Positions 62,401 through 64,000 of a stretch of 64,000 bases of DNA are shown here, piece after piece. Every line of letters begins with the position of its first letter. Positions within the stretch are counted from its first letter, which is position 1. The translations under genes were made by a program, and so were the position numbers. A model generated the notes under the pieces. The model worked only from the letters and a program-made list of their open reading frames with translations, was not told the origin of the DNA and did not search any database. The DNA is from Klebsormidium nitens (Eukaryota > Plantae > Klebsormidiophyceae), in contig DF237106.1 of assembly GCA_000708835.1 (NCBI GenBank), forward strand, positions 84,370 through 148,369. Reading direction: 5' to 3'.

Positions 62401-64000
62401 CTACACCTGGAGGCCATCCAACCTTCTCTTTGCCCCATCGCCGTCTCTGTGTTTTGGGTGCACTCCCTTTAGCTAGCTGGCGACAAATTGGCACATGTCC
62501 GACCATGCAGGTCGCCCAAAACACCCATTGACTTTAGCTCAATCCCATCGTTCTCCTGCAGCTGGGGGCCTTCCGGGCTCATCTTAATGCTTGTCGCCGT
62601 CACTCTATCGGTGGCCTCCATTCTGCGACTGGTACTAGACTTCGCGTTCACGCGCCTCCTAAAACGGCGTCTCCTCCCGAACCTTCTGTTTCCAAGGCTG
62701 GAGCTCTTCGCCGGCCTGGTCTGCTTCTACGGTTTGACGCAGGCTTGCGCAGCGCTAGTTAGAGGTGGGTTTTCCGGCATTGACCAACTTGGAACCTCTT
62801 CTTCTCCTTGAAGCCCCTTTAAGCTCGGAACACGGACAAGTACGGTGTCCGCATTTCAGTTGAATCCCGGTTGTGCTAGATATCGCAAAAGGTTCTAACT
62901 GCTTTTGGGGCATTCAAGCAGGCGGGTCGAAGATGAAAACTTTCACAGTCGTTCGGACGACGCCTGAAAGTGACAGTCTTGGCTCGTTATGCTTTTTAGT
63001 ATGCTTTTCAAGGAAAGCTCAAAAGTCCCTGCTGGACGCGACCCCTACATCTAGCTGGATCCGCCAATAGCCAGAAAGAGTTCCACTGAGGTCAAATGAC
63101 ATGGAGAACCTCGAGCCGTACGTCAGTCCAGCCGCTCCCAAAGCATTAACGTGACTTTTCCCGTTGCTCGTTGACTTCGCAGACGCAACCTTCCAGCACA
63201 ATCTTCAATGCACTGCGGACGCAAAGTTTGTCTTTAGCACTCAAACTCCAACTTTACCTTTGCTTTTCAGGAGGATCTCCGGGCCAGGTCTTCGCCGGCG
63301 CGCTTCTGCTCGTCCTCCTCCCCTTTTCGCTAATTCTGGCTCTGCTAGCGTTTCTCACCTCCTCCCTTATCCTGGTAAGCGAATCATGGTTCCCTTATCG
63401 TTTGCGAACTCTCTTCCCTAAACTGCAGCGTCTCTGTCGTTGTGATGGATCTGCGCTCATGGGCAAATGCCCCATTTTTTCCTTGAGCTTCTGATACATT
63501 CGCTCGATCGGATCTTCTAAAGTAGCGTCACCGCTTCATATCTAAGTTTGGTTCTCGTCAACGTCTATTATTTGCTGCTCAAACTGGCTTCCGTGTCTGC
63601 AAAATCGCAGCCGTAGAAAGAGCTCACCACACATAGCAAGGTTGCTTGTTGCTGTGGGCGATTATTGCACCTTTTCCGTGCTGTTTTGGATTCACTTGGG
63701 CAATCATGTCACCCTGCCCGTGCTGTTCTGATCGAAGTCTGTGCGCCTGAAACTTCGTGGATGCGAAATGTCGTGATGCAGTTCATTAATCTATTCTTTG
63801 TGTTCTTCGCACCTTGGAAAGTTGATTCTATATGCGGATTGCGTTTCTTTTTTTTTACAACGAAGATACAGGGAAATGCTTGTTCAATGGGAAACGATTT
63901 TTTCCTATCACAGGATTCCGAATCCCGGTTCGAAGAGGAATGGAAGCCGCCTGCGAAGCGCACCTGGAAAGCGCGCGCGGCCGCGGTGCTCGTCGGCCGT
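50433..64000 (+). CDS. Giant secreted-ectodomain multi-pass membrane protein (beta-helix, Pro-rich stalk, cadherin-like, Ig-like, TM domain); runs off the window end
   Basis: Exons 50433-50589, 50973 or 50979-51271, 51585-51680, 52046-52219, 52583-52741, 53037-53114, 53401-53478, 53667-53706, 53981-54883 (gap and apparent indels), 55156-55340, 55709-56761, 57184-57386, 57733-58404, 58852-60515, 61066-61346, 61872-62011, 62562-62764, 63271-63374, 63914 to beyond 64000. All junctions are phase-consistent. Signal peptide MADSRKYPHLLFLLCFSLFAQA. Confidence 0.9.
53990..54815 (+). repeat. Extensin-like (N/K/S)PPPP coding repeat with a 20-N gap at 54189-54208
   Basis: 15-nt unit such as cca aac ccg ccc cca translating PPPNP/PPPKP/PPPSP, then degenerate XPPP repeats. 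Confidence 0.95.

Noticed and set aside
1-64000. rRNA, tRNA, autonomous transposase or retroelement, and viral genes
   Set aside because: No recognisable motifs seen by eye; short ncRNAs in introns cannot be excluded without tRNAscan or Infernal.

Overview
Intron-rich, gene-dense eukaryotic genomic DNA with GT-AG introns of mostly about 200-1000 nt and two N gaps. The closest recognisable homologues are land-plant proteins, so a streptophyte alga such as Klebsormidium is inferred (not verified). Seven genes were reconstructed by hand with phase-consistent splice sites: (1) THO2/THOC2, minus strand, 343-19911, with an apparent 1-nt frameshift in a G9 run. (2) A roughly 1800-aa TALE homeobox gene, 21936-29910, with a PBX-type WFGNKR recognition helix and PBC-like helices. 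(3) MENG, the phylloquinone methyltransferase, minus strand, 31437-37192. (4) An STK16/MPSK1-like NAK kinase, 37745-41968. (5) An unknown 335-aa, probably plastid-targeted membrane protein, minus strand, 43586-46490. (6) A small ISG12/IFI27 (Ifi-6-16)-like gene, 48385-48737, followed by a 29-bp hairpin. (7) A giant cell-surface protein from 50433 to beyond the window end, built of a signal peptide, Pmp-like beta-helix, extensin-like stalk, cadherin-like domains, seven CxxC-bearing Ig-like repeats, further Big-like domains and a multi-pass membrane domain. Non-coding highlights are a 7-copy tandem array of a 3' splice site, a second duplicated acceptor in MENG, a TA-flanked MITE in a kinase intron, and a 39-bp perfect inverted repeat around the 270-N gap. 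All homology calls are from recalled sequence motifs; no database searches were run.
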